64,000 bases of DNA from Octopus vulgaris (taxonomy: Eukaryota): contig OX597834.1 in assembly GCA_951406725.2 (NCBI GenBank), positions 19,158,001-19,222,000 on the forward strand, given 5' to 3'. The position numbers and the translations under genes were made by a program. The notes under the pieces are model-generated. The model was not told the origin of the DNA and did no database searches. It worked only from the letters and a program-made list of their open reading frames with translations. This document shows positions 1-13,410 of the stretch, piece after piece (position 1 is the first letter of the stretch; each line of letters starts with the position of its first letter).

Positions 1-250
1 AGTATTAAAAAAAGATATCAGTGTTCAATTTTGTCAGTTCTACACATGTAGAAAAACGCATGCATATGCATTATAATCTTTCCTCATAGTAAATAAACTC
101 GTTGGCACTCAACACAACCATTAGCAAGCTGGTGGTTATCTTCAGTAAAGTACTACCATTAATTCAATTAACGATGTCCCTGTGACGATGTATTGCATAA
201 ACTCCTGTATTTTGTTCTGAGTCTTGCACTTGTGACCTCCTGCAGTAAAT

Positions 251-410
251 GGTGTTGGAATGGTTAAGGAGTTCTACGCATGTTTTATGACCTCGTCGTT
301 ATGGGTTCAATCTCACTGTTTGATGCTTTGGACAAGTGTTTTCTGCTATTACTCCTGGTTGACCGGCGCCTTGTGAATGAATTTGGAAGAAGAGAACTGT
401 GCAGAAGCTT
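251..410 (+). mobile_element. Decayed 5' half of family-A tRNA/CORE-like SINE
   Basis: Degenerate match to the head of the full copy at 23910 (GGTTCAATCTCACTG...TTGGACAAGTG...CCTTGTGAATGAATTTGG). Confidence 0.6.
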
Positions 411-460
411 GCGCGCGTGTGTGTATATATATGCAGATTTATACATGTGTATATATATAT

Positions 461-669
461 TCTTTTATTCTTTTACTTGTTTCAGTCATTTGACTGCAGC
501 CATGCTGGAGCACTGCCTTTAATCGAATGAATCGACCTCAGGACTTATTCTTTGTAAGCCTAGTGCTTTTCCTACCAGTCTGTTTTGCCGAACCTCTAAG
601 TTACGGAGACGTAAGCACACCAACATCGGTCGTCAAATGATGGTGGTGGGGAAAAACACAGACACACAA

Positions 670-706
<37 letters not shown>

Positions 707-830
707 AGACAGGCTTCTTTCAGTTTCTGTCTACCAAATCTACTCACAAGGCTTTGGTTGGCCTGAGGCTATAATAGAAGACACTTGCCCAAGATGCCAC
801 TCAGTGGGATTGAACCCAGAACCATGTGGT
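461..830 (-). mobile_element. Family-A SINE, 5'-truncated
   Basis: Reverse complement of 23910-24320: tail CTTTTACTTGTTTCAGTCATTTGACTGC, internal (CA)/(TA) tract, GACACTTGCCCAAG. Confidence 0.85.
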
Positions 831-849
831 TATATATATATATATATAT

Positions 850-1670
850 ATCATTTAATAAATTACTGATGATGATTATTTTTCAGACAAAGAGTTTATC
901 CTTATGCTGGCAGTTAGAGTGATTTGGACAATGAAGGTGATAAAAGTGATAAAGAAAGTAGTGCTTCAGGTGAATAAATATGGTAGTTGAAAGACAAACC
1001 TACTATTGTTATTCTCCTGAATTCTTTTGTGATTCTGTCCGTTAGTTTGCTTGCAATCATTACCCTTGAGCTGTATAAGAAGATATTTTTTTTGACTCAG
1101 AGGTCCAGGTGGTGGATAAAATTAGACACAGCAGCCCAAGTGTGAGAGGGTTCAATGTAATTATGCAATTGGTGTTATAAGATAAGGATGACTGAGAGAC
1201 ATAGGAATGGACTCAAAGGTTTGGACTAAAATGAACTGTAAGTGTATGTTTGTGTATTTTGGGAGTAGACTTTATGAATTGATACTGAAACCTTATTGTT
1301 TAGTAATGGTTTGCGCCAAATTGAACCAGATATAAAAATTAGAAGAGGTGCAGTGAATGTAAATGTAAGAGGAATTGGGGATTCATGTTTTGGGTTGAGT
1401 TACTACTCAGGTTTGTTTCCATTTTAGCTATTATTTATTTATGTGTGTGTGTGTGCATGGGAAATATATGCTTGCCTGAATGCCAGGCTTGACCATTAAA
1501 TCCACAAGTCCTTTTATTCACTCACTGTTTATTTTCTCGTATTCTTTTCTGTTCAAGAGCGTAAGCGCAAAACATAAAACACTTTCTCACTTTCCTGAGA
1601 ATCAAATTAATACACCTGCTTGTTGTTCATACACCTGTCTTTGTCATTCGTTTTTCCGTAAATTTCAACT
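850..1670 (+). mobile_element. Possible decayed Penelope-like element 3' end with pLTR remnant
   Basis: WIKLDT..GFN-like GIY-YIG C-terminal remnant near 1100-1160; 1540-1665 is homologous to 7535-7665 and retains a degenerate hammerhead (TCAAGAGCGTAAGCGCAAAACATA). Confidence 0.35.
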
Positions 1671-1680
1671 AGGTGCTAGA

Positions 1681-1838
1681 GGGGCTGCGTGGTAAGTAGC
1701 TTGCTTACCAACCACATGGTTCTGGGTTCAGTCCCACTGTGTGGCACTTTGGGTATGTGTCTTCCACTATAGCCTCAGGCTGACCAAAGCCTTGTGAGTG
1801 AATTTAGTAGACAGAAACTGAAAGAAGCCTGTCGTGTA

Positions 1839-1878
<40 letters not shown>

Positions 1879-2050
1879 ATTAAGAGAAATAACCTTTATT
1901 AAGTAATTCAATAGTGAAAGATATTCTAAAAATCACTAAATGAAATTTCTCTTAATTATAAACATATATTGTATATTGAAATTTGATTTAGTATTGCTAA
2001 ATTGAATTTTCCCTGTAACTTTGGAATTTTATATTCCCTACTATTATTAA

Positions 2051-2105
<55 letters not shown>

Positions 2106-2341
2106 GAAATAGGGGTACGTTACGCCGCCTTAATATATATATAGAAATCAAATATAAAATATAAAATATAAATTACAAAGTTCACTCGAGCCTCTAATCT
2201 TCAGTCGGAACCGGATCATCTTAGCAATTTCGGCTGTTTAATCTCGAAATTACTAAGATGTTCCGGTTCCAACTGAAGATTAGAGGCGTGACCGTCTGTT
2301 TTTTTGTGTTCTCTTTTGTGTTTTGCTTTATTTTATATTTG

Positions 2342-2381
<40 letters not shown>

Positions 2382-2610
2382 GCATGTATGTATGTTTGTA
2401 TATGTTTGTATATCTGTGTTTGTCCCCCCCCCACTAATGTTTAACAATCACTGCTGGTGTTTTTACTTCCCTCTAACATAGCAGTTCGGCAAAAGAGACT
2501 GATAGAATAAGTACTAGGCTTACAAAGAATAAGTCCTGGAGTTGATTTGTTTGACTAAAGGTGGTGCTCCAGCATGTCTGCAGTCAAATGACTGAAACAA
2601 ATAAAAGAGT
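1681..2610 (+). mobile_element. Family-A SINE with two insertions in its internal (TA)n tract
   Basis: Head at 1681-1835 and tail at about 2405-2610 match the family; separated by inserts at about 1878-2055 and 2101-2350. Confidence 0.8.
2101..2352. mobile_element. Foldback mini-element in (TA)n
   Basis: Inner inverted repeat 2190-2232/2245-2287; outer inverted repeat about 2135-2161/2329-2352; CTGAAGA in both arms. Confidence 0.65.
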
Positions 2611-2971
2611 AATATATATATATATATAACTATATAATAATATCATAATAATAATAATATATATACTCCAATTTAATGCAACAAGTTTAATGTAAACAAT
2701 TGACTGAAAAATGATTAGTTAACCAAGACCAGAATCGAATCCACATATCAACACTAACATGGCTTCATATGCATCTGATTGGGCCAGATGCTCACCCATC
2801 AATTTCAGCCAAATTTTATGAATATATACTTTAACTATCCAATACTACTTATTGTACTAAGGGATTTCCATAGTCGCTCTATCTCTGTAACTTATAAAGC
2901 CTTTGGGTTTGTTTACAAATATTATATATATATGTCTGTCTATAAGTCTGTTTCAATATATATATATATAT

Positions 2972-3022
<51 letters not shown>

Positions 3023-3180
3023 TATATATATACATATATACATACATATATATATATATGCATGTATTTACATGCATATTTAATGTATATGTGCACTGAT
3101 GCAAAAATATATGTCCCTGTACCCACATGTGAATGTGTGTGTATATGTGTATGTAGGAATATTTTGTGTGCACTCACTCA

Positions 3181-3221
<41 letters not shown>

Positions 3222-3593
3222 GCAGAGGTACTTTTGAATGTTTAAATGCAATTAACTCTCAGCATAAACTCATCGACCAATGAACATGTGATTAGTTATC
3301 TACACATGATCTAATAATCTACATGCCTGCATATGTAATTGTATTTTAATAAGCAACAAAATGTTCCATGCAAATATGTGTAACTGCATGAATGTTACAC
3401 AGAAATGAATAATACATATGTATACATACAGACATGCATACATACATACATGTAAACATACATGAATATATATAAATGAAATATGCATGTATATGGCTGT
3501 GTGTATATATATATATGTGTATGTGTGTGTGCACGTATGTGTATACAAATGTGCATAAATTTGTGTATGTAAATATGTATGTATATGTGTGTG

Positions 3594-3632
<39 letters not shown>

Positions 3633-3751
3633 CATGTACATACATATATGTATATTTATATATATATATTATTTATATTATTATATGACTGAACACCATG
3701 CATCCTCTTCCAAATAAATAATATATATATATTTATATTTATTTATTTATG

Positions 3752-3802
<51 letters not shown>

Positions 3803-4167
3803 CTGTCTGTGTGTGTGTATGTATGTATACGTATTTGTATGTATGTGTATGCACACACATATAGCCATAAGTCTATGTAATGTTATGATTCAACATATTT
3901 TAGGTGCATAATTACGAACAGAAACAAAAAAAAAGTGAGTAAAAGAATTTTATATAAATGTAATAAAAACAAAACAAACAATGGTAATAGTGGAATTGCT
4001 AGAATATAAAAGTACAATTTATCCAACTATTTAAACTGTTGTTTTTATGGAATTTTTTTTATTTTTAAATCAAGTTCTTCAGATTGGATTGGACAATGAA
4101 AAGTGCAGCTCCAAACTTCATCATCACCGCAATAGGAGAGTGGCACATTAATCTGTTTCTGTTAATA

Positions 4168-4205
<38 letters not shown>

Positions 4206-4624
4206 CATTATTATTATTATATTTTTTTTTGTTTGAAATTGTAGTTTTTTATTATTTTCAATGTAACTGGTTCTCCCATAAACTTTTGCTAACACCCCTG
4301 TCCTAGGACAGAACAAAATTAAGCATTCGTTATAGATTGATATATCTACTTTAATAGCCAGTGCGAGGAAACAGGGAGCATCTTGAAGGCTGACTAATAG
4401 ATGTTCTAAATAAACAAGACACTTCCTTCCGAAAATCAATTACTGGAAGGGAAATAAATAGAAGAGATAGAGAGAAAGAAAGGGAGAGGGGAAGGAAGGG
4501 AGAGAGGGAGGGAGGGAAACTTTGGGTGAATACCTAATGCTGAAAGTGACTTATTTCTTCAATGATATGTCAATATTGCTAAATGCAGCAGTTGATCTGT
4601 AAAAGGCTCACCACAGAAATTCCA

Positions 4625-4818
4625 TGTCAATTTAAGAAGAATCGAAAATGATTGTATGTATGTGCTTGTGTATGCAATACATGTACACTCACTCACTCAC
4701 TCACACACACACTCACACACACGCATACGTATATATTTAGTTTGTCAATTTAAATATATCGAAAATGATTGTATGTGTGTGCTTGTGTATGCAATACATG
4801 TACACTCACTCACTCACT
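4625..4818. repeat. Local direct duplication of about 75 bp
   Basis: ATCGAAAATGATTGTATGT.TGTGCTTGTGTATGCAATACATGTACACTCACTCACTCAC occurs near 4641 and 4758. Confidence 0.85.
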
Positions 4819-4839
4819 ATATATATACACTCACTGATA

Positions 4840-5157
4840 AATGTTTACATATATGTATGTGTCTATTTATATACATATGTGTGTGTGTGTGTGTGTGTGT
4901 ATGTATATATATACATACATATATATGTATATATATATATATGTATATATATATGTATATATATATGTATATATATATGTATATTTATATATGTATATGT
5001 ATATATATATATGTATATATATATGTATATATATATGTATATATGTATATATATATGTATATATATATATGTATATATGTATATATATATGTATATATAT
5101 ATATGTGTGTATATGTATATATATATGTATGTGTATATATATATATATATATATGTG

Positions 5158-5198
<41 letters not shown>

Positions 5199-5200
5199 TT
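4840..5200. repeat. Compound (TA)n/(TG)n microsatellite
   Basis: Direct reading; source of the Y/I/M/C-rich pseudo-ORFs. Confidence 0.95.
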
Positions 5201-6279
5201 GGCTTGTGATTGAAATTATATATAAATATGCAGGCCCCAAAACATATATATTATACACATTTGTACCCAATGTGTGTGTGTGTGTATATATATATATATA
5301 CACACACATACATACATATATATAATAAAAAAACCCAAAAAAACAGTGATTTGAGGTAATAGAAATAAAAAATCCATTTTCGTAGAAATTTATTTAATAT
5401 CAGGATTATTCAGGTGGAGATGAATATAATGATTGGTTTGGTCTTTTTGTTGTTGCTGTTGTAGCTGTTACCCTTCCACCTCCTTACTTGTGTTTCTTTT
5501 TGCTATATTTTATTTATTTGTTTGTTTGTTTTTTTCTTGTTTTCTTTCTTCCCCCCACCCCCCACTGCTATCAAAGTACCCTTCTTACCCCTCAACAGCC
5601 GTCGTCACTGGCAATACACTTTCACTATATTACTTTCAGACGGATGGACAGTTTTGTGATTGCATTCATTTGCCTGGCTGATGCTGCTCTGTCTGTGCCC
5701 CCCACACTGTCCTCATTACCCTCCCCCCCTCATCATCTTGCAGTTCTCCGTTGATTGGGATTTGATTCAGTGCAAGAAGTCTAACAGGATCCAGTTCCAT
5801 TCTTAGCAGACAGACAGAACTACAGCCGAGACTTGGATTGTTGCTTTCCCCTTTAATAAATCTCATATTCTGATAAAGCCAACGCAGGCTCCTACTGGAA
5901 TCTGATAGAAAGAAACTGAAGTAATTTATAGTTATCAGTGCTTATATGAGTAGTGGATACGTGTGGCATTTTATGAGTGTGTATATGTGTACATAATTTA
6001 AATATATGCATATATTTCTATATGCATAGCTGTATGTTGATGTGTCTGTGTACACATTATCTTTATGTGAGTATGGATTTGTATGGATGTATCTATAGAA
6101 ATGTGTGTGTCTGTGTGTGTGTCTGCAAAGGAATGTGTGTACTTTAGCATATGTTGTGAGCTGTCCGTCCATACATACAACACCTGACATAAGCTGAACA
6201 TGGATGGGTTTGGCTACTTTGTTCATTTGAATGTGTGGTAAATGTGTATTACACTGTATAAAATTTTAAGAATAACACA

Positions 6280-6280
6280 A

Positions 6281-6353
<73 letters not shown>

Positions 6354-6418
6354 CTTACTTACATACATACATATATATATATATATATACTTACATATAT
6401 ATATGTTTACATACATAC

Positions 6419-6450
<32 letters not shown>

Positions 6451-6502
6451 GTACATATATATATATATTTATGTACATATATATATATATATATATATAT
6501 TA

Positions 6503-6545
<43 letters not shown>

Positions 6546-6580
6546 TTACATATATATATACATACATATATATATATATG
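6280..6580. repeat. Compound (TA)n/(TACA)n microsatellite
   Basis: Direct reading. Confidence 0.95.
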
Positions 6581-6817
6581 TGCATATGAAAGAGGGAGTC
6601 ATTGAATGTGTGTACATATGTGCATGCACACACACACAGACACACACATCTACTTCTTCATATTCAAATGCACATACCTGTATTTACATAGAAGTTTTAT
6701 TTTTACTGTGACACATGATCGTATAAAAAGCACAACTATGAATTCCTCAAAAAAACAAGCACACTTCTTAAGCGAGCAAGCTCACTCTTTGATCACTTCA
6801 AAGATTACTACACACAG

Positions 6818-6818
<1 letters not shown>

Positions 6819-6894
<76 letters not shown>
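6819..6894. repeat. (CA)n microsatellite
   Basis: Perfect CA run. Confidence 0.97.
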
Positions 6895-6895
<1 letters not shown>

Positions 6896-7185
6896 GGGGT
6901 TGGGATTGAAAAGAAAAATAATTTAGGTTCAGTAGCTTCATTACTCTAATATATCTTGGTGTTTTCAGTCCTACAATAAACTTGTCAGTAGTGAAATTTA
7001 AAGGCTGAAGATATCACCTTGCAATATTTATTGCTCCATTTAATTAAACTCCTATTTTTTTTATTTGTAATATAAAAGTCACTATTTTTGATAATTACTT
7101 ATTTTTATTTTATTGGATATCTACAATAAGAAGTGTAACATCAGGAAAGTTCTAAATAGCCTGACACACACTATATGTGCATGCA

Positions 7186-7224
<39 letters not shown>

Positions 7225-7229
7225 CACAA

Positions 7230-7520
7230 AGGCATTCATGTGATCAGGTAGTTAAGATGTTGCACTCATGATTGCTAGCTCATGTGGCTGATTCCCAGAC
7301 TAAGTGGCATGTATTCTTTAGCAAAGCATATCATTTTGTGTTGTTCTAGTCAGCTTGCATGTAAATGGGTAACCCTCCAATGTACTAGCCTTTTGATTGG
7401 GGAATGTTGGTCTGCTTGCCTAACTAAAGGGGTGGCATCATTTGAAAGCTAAAATGATGCAAAGCGCATTGTGACTAGTGATGTATAACAACATCCGATA
7501 GTCTGATTGATCATATGATA
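7230..7520 (+). mobile_element. Decayed family-D SINE (tail type 1)
   Basis: GGGGTGGCATCATTTGAAAGCTAAAATGATGCAAAGCGCATTGTGAC matches 17053-17100. Confidence 0.7.
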
Positions 7521-7534
7521 CATACATACATGTG

Positions 7535-7665
7535 TCCCTTTTGGTAGAAGAGCGTAGGCTCGATACGTAAAAGACTTTTTCTATTCCTGAGCGCTATACT
7601 AATACATCTGTTTGCTTGTACACCACCTGCCTTCGTCTTTTGTTAATTTCCGCAAACTTTTCCTT
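7535..7665 (+). mobile_element. PLE pLTR-like fragment with degenerate hammerhead
   Basis: TAGAAGA-G-CGTAGGCT-C-GATA-CG-TA-AAAGAC resembles a minimal PLE hammerhead (CUGANGA...CGAAACGUH); homologous to 1540-1665. Confidence 0.45.
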
Positions 7666-7865
7666 TATATATATATATATACACACACACATACATCCAT
7701 ACATACGTATATATATATATATAAATAATGAGGGAGATAAATTAATATTAATTTTAATATCAATTTAAAACCAGTAGTCCAGCATACAAAAAATCTGAGA
7801 AGTCAGAGAAGCAGTAAGCCCTGCCAATATATATATATATACACACACATACATCCATACATACG

Positions 7866-7921
<56 letters not shown>

Positions 7922-8158
7922 TGAAACATACACAGATTTCTGGCTAAAAAGAATATTTTGCACCCAAGAAGTCCCACTGTACAGACACCTTGAGCAAGTG
8001 TCTTCTACTGGAATTTTGGGCAATCTAATATCTTGTAAGTGATTTTGATAGAGGGAAACTGAAAAGAATCCTATTGCTTTGATACATGCATGTATGTGTA
8101 TATATGCCTTGTTGTCTTTATTTTATATTGCGTATAACAGCCATGACTATATATATAT

Positions 8159-8510
8159 AATTGTTAATGAGGACAACAAATGCTAAGGCAATGCAAACAT
8201 CTCAAGTCATATACATTTATTATTATTGAAAATTTTTCCCTACTTGTCTCTGATGAGAGAATACCCCATACTCTGGGACATCCCAGAAACAGCTGTAACG
8301 CTTTGAATTTTTTCTAATAATAATAATGTATATGACTTGAGATATTTGCCTTGCCTTAACTTTTGTTGTCCCCTTTAACAATTACTTATCTGCTATGTTG
8401 GAAATCAGCAATGGCTCCATAACTACTGTCTTGGTTATAACCTTGGAGACCTAATAGTCCATTACAGCACTTACCTAGTGTACCTAATCATTTAAATCAC
8501 CCCATATAAT
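8159..8510 (+). mobile_element. Foldback mini-element with hammerhead core between (TA)n tracts
   Basis: Inverted repeat about 8159-8232/8309-8383; CTGATGA at 8250, GAAA-CAGCTG-TA at 8286-8297. Confidence 0.7.
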
Positions 8511-8511
8511 G

Positions 8512-8581
<70 letters not shown>

Positions 8582-8795
8582 TTGATATTGAACAGTGAAA
8601 AGATGCACTCAACGCTGCATTGGTGAATAATTGTTCTTTATTTGTGGATTACGAAGACTACCATTGTTTTCATGCTGTGAATTCCCTGCGATTATCAAGC
8701 CCATCCTCGATGGTATAAGAATATTCTTAGTAAAAACTTTTCACTTCGTGTTTTTCCATGGTTTGTTTTGATTCTATGTTTGTGTATAGTGAAGA

Positions 8796-8826
<31 letters not shown>

Positions 8827-8833
<7 letters not shown>

Positions 8834-8964
8834 GACAAGATAGAAAATGCTAAACTAATTTTATCATGAAGAACATTTTACTACTGCTGCTTAAACTATC
8901 AAAACCAAGAACTTATACTGCTACTACCTGCTACCAAGCCTTTGTGGGACTAAAAGAAAAAGAC

Positions 8965-9034
<70 letters not shown>

Positions 9035-9230
9035 CAGAAAAAAGGAAAATGTTCTTTGTATTTGAAAACCATGAAAATATTTTTTAAAAAAACATTTCAT
9101 TTAATTTTCCCACAATTTAATTGTTTTTCAAGTTGAAAAAGTTGCAAAGACTAGTACTAGTACTAAAAACTAGTACTAAAATGTTCTTTATGATAAAATT
9201 ATTTTAGCATTATCTACCTGGTATTATTTT
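8827..9230. repeat. Imperfect inverted repeat around an (AG)n tract
   Basis: ATGCTAAACTAATTTTATCATGAAGAACATTTTA (about 8846) versus its reverse complement at about 9177-9212; (AG)n at 8969-9026. Confidence 0.7.
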
Positions 9231-9289
9231 CCTTATACATATCAACTTGTGTGTTCCTTTTCAACCTTCTACACACATATATATGTATA

Positions 9290-9560
9290 TGAAGGCATGT
9301 GACCTATTGGTTAGCCTAATTGCACTCACGATTGCTTGATTGTGGCTTCGATTCCCTGACTGGGTGGTATGTTGTGTTCTTGAACAAAACACTTCATTTC
9401 ATGCTGCTCCAGTCTCCCCTGCAATCAGCAGGGAATCTTGGCCTGCTCCCCTAGCCAACACGATGACAGCATTTGAAGGTTTAAACAGTGCAAATGCATA
9501 TTGTGGCCATCAATGTGTAATAACATCTGATAGCCTGGTTGGTCATGCAATCAAATGATC
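9290..9560 (+). mobile_element. Decayed family-D SINE (tail type 1)
   Basis: tRNA-like head (GGCTTCGATTCCC) and tail ACATCTGATAGCCTGGTTGGTCA as at 17115-17140. Confidence 0.65.
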
Positions 9561-9604
9561 TCATAATATATATATGTGTGTGTTTGAGTGTGCATATGTG
9601 TGTA

Positions 9605-9985
9605 TCATCATCATCATCATTTAGCGTCCGTTTTCCATGCTAGCATGGGTTGGACGGTTCAACTGGGGTCTGGGGAGCCCGAAGGCTGCACCAGGCCAGT
9701 CAGATCTGGCAGTGTTTCTACAGCTGGATGCCCTTCCTAACGCCAACCACTCCGAGAGTGTAGTGGGTGATTTTATGTGCCACCGACACAGGTGCCAGAC
9801 GAGGCTGGCGAACGGCCACGCTCGGATGGTGTTTTTATGTGCCACCGACACAGGTGCCAGACGAGGCTGGCGGACGGCCACGATCGGATGGTGTTTGTTA
9901 CGTCCCCAAAGCACGGAGGCCAGTCTATGCGGTACTGGCTACGGCCACGTTCGGATGATTTTCTTGTGTGCCACCGGCACTGGTA
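9605..9985 (-). mobile_element. Family-C RTE-related non-autonomous retroposon with tandem units of about 60 bp
   Basis: (CAT)n tail, TTTCCATGCTAGCATGGGTTGGACGG, GCTGGATGCCCTTCCTAACGCCAACC, then repeated GTGCCACCGACACAGGTGCCAGACGAGGCTGGC units. Confidence 0.85.
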
Positions 9986-10124
9986 CCACAAAGATATCTA
10001 TATATATATATGTGTGTATATATATAAAATTAGATGGTAATTTTGTCATAAGTAAGAGGATGTAATAATTCTGGTTTGTTTGTTTCACATGTGTAGGAAA
10101 AAAACTAAGTATACAATATATATT

Positions 10125-10368
10125 AATAGTTCTCAACCATTTTTTACCTGTGGAATCATTTGATTCTTATTTTACTTCAGTGGACCCTTATGGCCATTTG
10201 ATGATTTAAAAAATCCTTTAACATCTTTATGACTAAATATTATTAAGAATTGTATTTAAAATTTAAAAGATTGTGAAAATATTTTGTGCACATATATTTT
10301 AACACCAAAATCTTACATGGACTCCCTGCCTCTTCAACAGTCATGTAGACCCCTGTTGAGACCAACTG
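10125..10368. mobile_element. hAT-type MITE, short relative of 30799-31556
   Basis: Ends ..GTTCTCAACCATTTTTTACCTGTGG and GACCCCTGTTGAGACCAACTG shared with the 30799 copy. Confidence 0.7.
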
Positions 10369-11229
10369 ATGTACACAAATAGGGACAGAGTCTTATGAAT
10401 TCATGTAGGGCATGTATATTTGTATAGATAGAAATTATGTCTCTATGTAAGTACACACACAGACACACAAACTCATACACACACAAACACACACATGCAC
10501 ACAAACTCATAGACACACAAACACACACATATCTATAGAGACACATGCACACAGATATATGTGTACGAATATATATTAGCACCTGTAGGTATTATTGCAA
10601 GTTAAAAGCAGGTACATGTGTGAAAATATGACGAGAGTCTTAAGTGGCATAAAAAATAATTCCACTATCACAGAATAAAATTGTTACAAGTGCGCATTCA
10701 AATATGTTATTAATCTGAACGTGAATGGTATTACTTCAGGTTATAAGTGAAATAAAGAGAATGAAAGTGAAATAAAGAGAATGAAAGTGAAAGTAAGGGA
10801 CAGAATCACATTTACTTACACACACACACACACACATATTTATATATAACATAGAGGAGGAAAGAAAAGATAAGTCACTTGCAGGATTTGACTGTTACTT
10901 TTGCTTTATGCTGTGTGGATGTGCTAACCGCTGTACAAAAGTGATGTCACTAAAATGATTGTCTAAATTAAAAATCTTAATTTAGATTGCTAAAAGCACA
11001 TGTACCAGTGGCATTTAAACAGAGCTGTTCACACACTATCAAGGGATATTAATTATATATATCTAATATAGAAGAAGATGGAAAAATATCTATCTATCTA
11101 TCTATCTATCTCATACACACACATATATTATATATATATATATGATGGACTCTCCCATCAATTACACACACACATACATATATATACATATATATTTATA
11201 TAGAGAGAGAAATATATACCCAACTTCAC

Positions 11230-11283
11230 TGTTTATCTTTCTCTGCATGTGTTTGTGTGTGTATATGTGTGTATATATGTATA

Positions 11284-11326
<43 letters not shown>

Positions 11327-11343
11327 GTGTATGTATGTATATG

Positions 11344-11380
<37 letters not shown>

Positions 11381-11530
11381 GTATATATATGTATATATAT
11401 ATGTATGTATATATATGTATATATATATGTATGTATATATATGTATATATATATGTGTGTGTATATATATGTATGTATATATATATATGTATATATATAT
11501 ATATGTGTGTGTATATATAAGTATATATAT
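11230..11530. repeat. Compound (TA)n/(TG)n microsatellite
   Basis: Direct reading. Confidence 0.95.
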
Positions 11531-11963
11531 AAATGTACGTATGTGTATGCAACAAATACACACGTATCTATATATATCTATTTTTCTACACACGCTCTCA
11601 GCTATATATATATTTGTTGTAGAACTAAAAATTTAATATCCATTATTAACAAATGTAAATTAATTCATAAACACACAAGACAATAAAACATCTGTTTGAG
11701 GAATAAATGGTTATATACTTTTTATGCAACCTGTTGCTACTAAGTGTTGGCCTGCAATAAAATCATATTCTGAAAGTTACAGTCACTGACTCAGATACTT
11801 TTGTATGAAGATGTGCATTAGATAAGCTTAACCTTTACCAGAAGATAAAAAGATAATGTAACGGGAGAAAATAATATTGCAGCATAGGATATTAAAAATT
11901 ATGAAAAAAAATGTGGAAAAATAATATCTACCAATAAATAAATTAATAAACGTATGAGGCAAC

Positions 11964-12301
<338 letters not shown>

Positions 12302-12404
12302 GTTCTTTCTTTCTGTTTCTTTTTCTCTTTCTTTCTCCCTTTCTAATACACACAGTTGCATGTGTATGAATGGATTTTATGCATTTCATGTATGTAAAAA
12401 CCAA

Positions 12405-13410
12405 CATGCTGGTGACCTAGATCTTTTAGCAGAGACTGTGGAAGATTTAGGATAGCAATTCTAGATGAGATGGAAATAATACCTCAAGAATCAAGAGGCC
12501 TCAGCATAAATGTAGTGAAGATTATTGTTTCAGTAAGTAGGAAAGAAGACAGAATGCTAGCACCAGCACATAAAAAAAAAAAAAAAATGGCCATGCTCAG
12601 TGTATAGCACAGAAGTTCTATATGATGGAGTTTCCAGGAGTTGAAATTTCATATGATGTGCCAAAATGATCTATAGGTGCATAAGATGGATAGCAGAATC
12701 AAACATAGGCTGACAAGGAATAATGACTAATGGTAGATGTACAGGGTAGATTGTCTTCAAGGTAACACCTGTAAAATATGTTCTTTCTAATGCTCAAAGG
12801 GCTCTGTAGAATTTATAGAAATAGTAGAGAAATTCTGGTAACTAGATGATCTAATCAGCAGTGGAAGAGGGTCTTTTGAATGCGTTGTACTCAGAATTGG
12901 AACCAGGCAGAAAAAATGCTGAGGGGGTTATTACTTCCTTTGACAGCAAAGGGATTTCCTCTCTGAGCAGAAGGTAGATTGTATGATGCTTGTTTACAAA
13001 CTATGATGCAGCATTGGCACTGAATCCTGAGGACATGCGAAGGTTTTAAAGAAACAAAGTAAGCATGATCTGATAGCTCTGTAATGTTAGTTTGCATGAA
13101 TGACAAAGCATAAATGAGAGGAAAACAGGGTGTAAGAGGAATCAGTTGTGCTGTGCGAGGGTGGTGGTTATACTAGTATGAATATGTAAAGTGTTTGGAT
13201 GATGACGAGTGAGCGAGGAAGTGCCAGGACATTCATGTGGATCAAACTAGTGGAAGAAGACAACTGAAGAGGATGTGAGTAGTGGTGGGAAGACTGATCT
13301 CAAAGGAGGTGGATGGCATAGGAATGCAATTATGTCATAAGATGCTTTGCTGGAGAAGTCCTGTCTAATTCATGTAGACATAAGAAAATCAGATGTAAAA
13401 TTGGTGATTA
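12405..13410 (+). pseudogene. Highly decayed RTE-clade LINE, RT C-terminal region and 3' tail
   Basis: Broken-frame motifs AGDLDLLAETVEDL (YADD region), GLSINV.K, KWPCSV, VEKFW*LDDLISSG (F.YLG), TAKGFPL..EGRLYDAC. Confidence 0.7.

Noticed and set aside
2190-2287. Complete hammerhead in the 2.2-kb foldback
   Set aside because: CTGAAGA and GAAA are present but no consistent set of three stems could be built
8580-8800. Hammerhead in a TA-flanked insert
   Set aside because: Minus-strand CTTGATAA...GAAA is too degenerate and there are no inverted arms
9770-9985. CRISPR-like periodic repeats
   Set aside because: Tandem units without unique spacers, inside a eukaryotic retroposon; no cas genes
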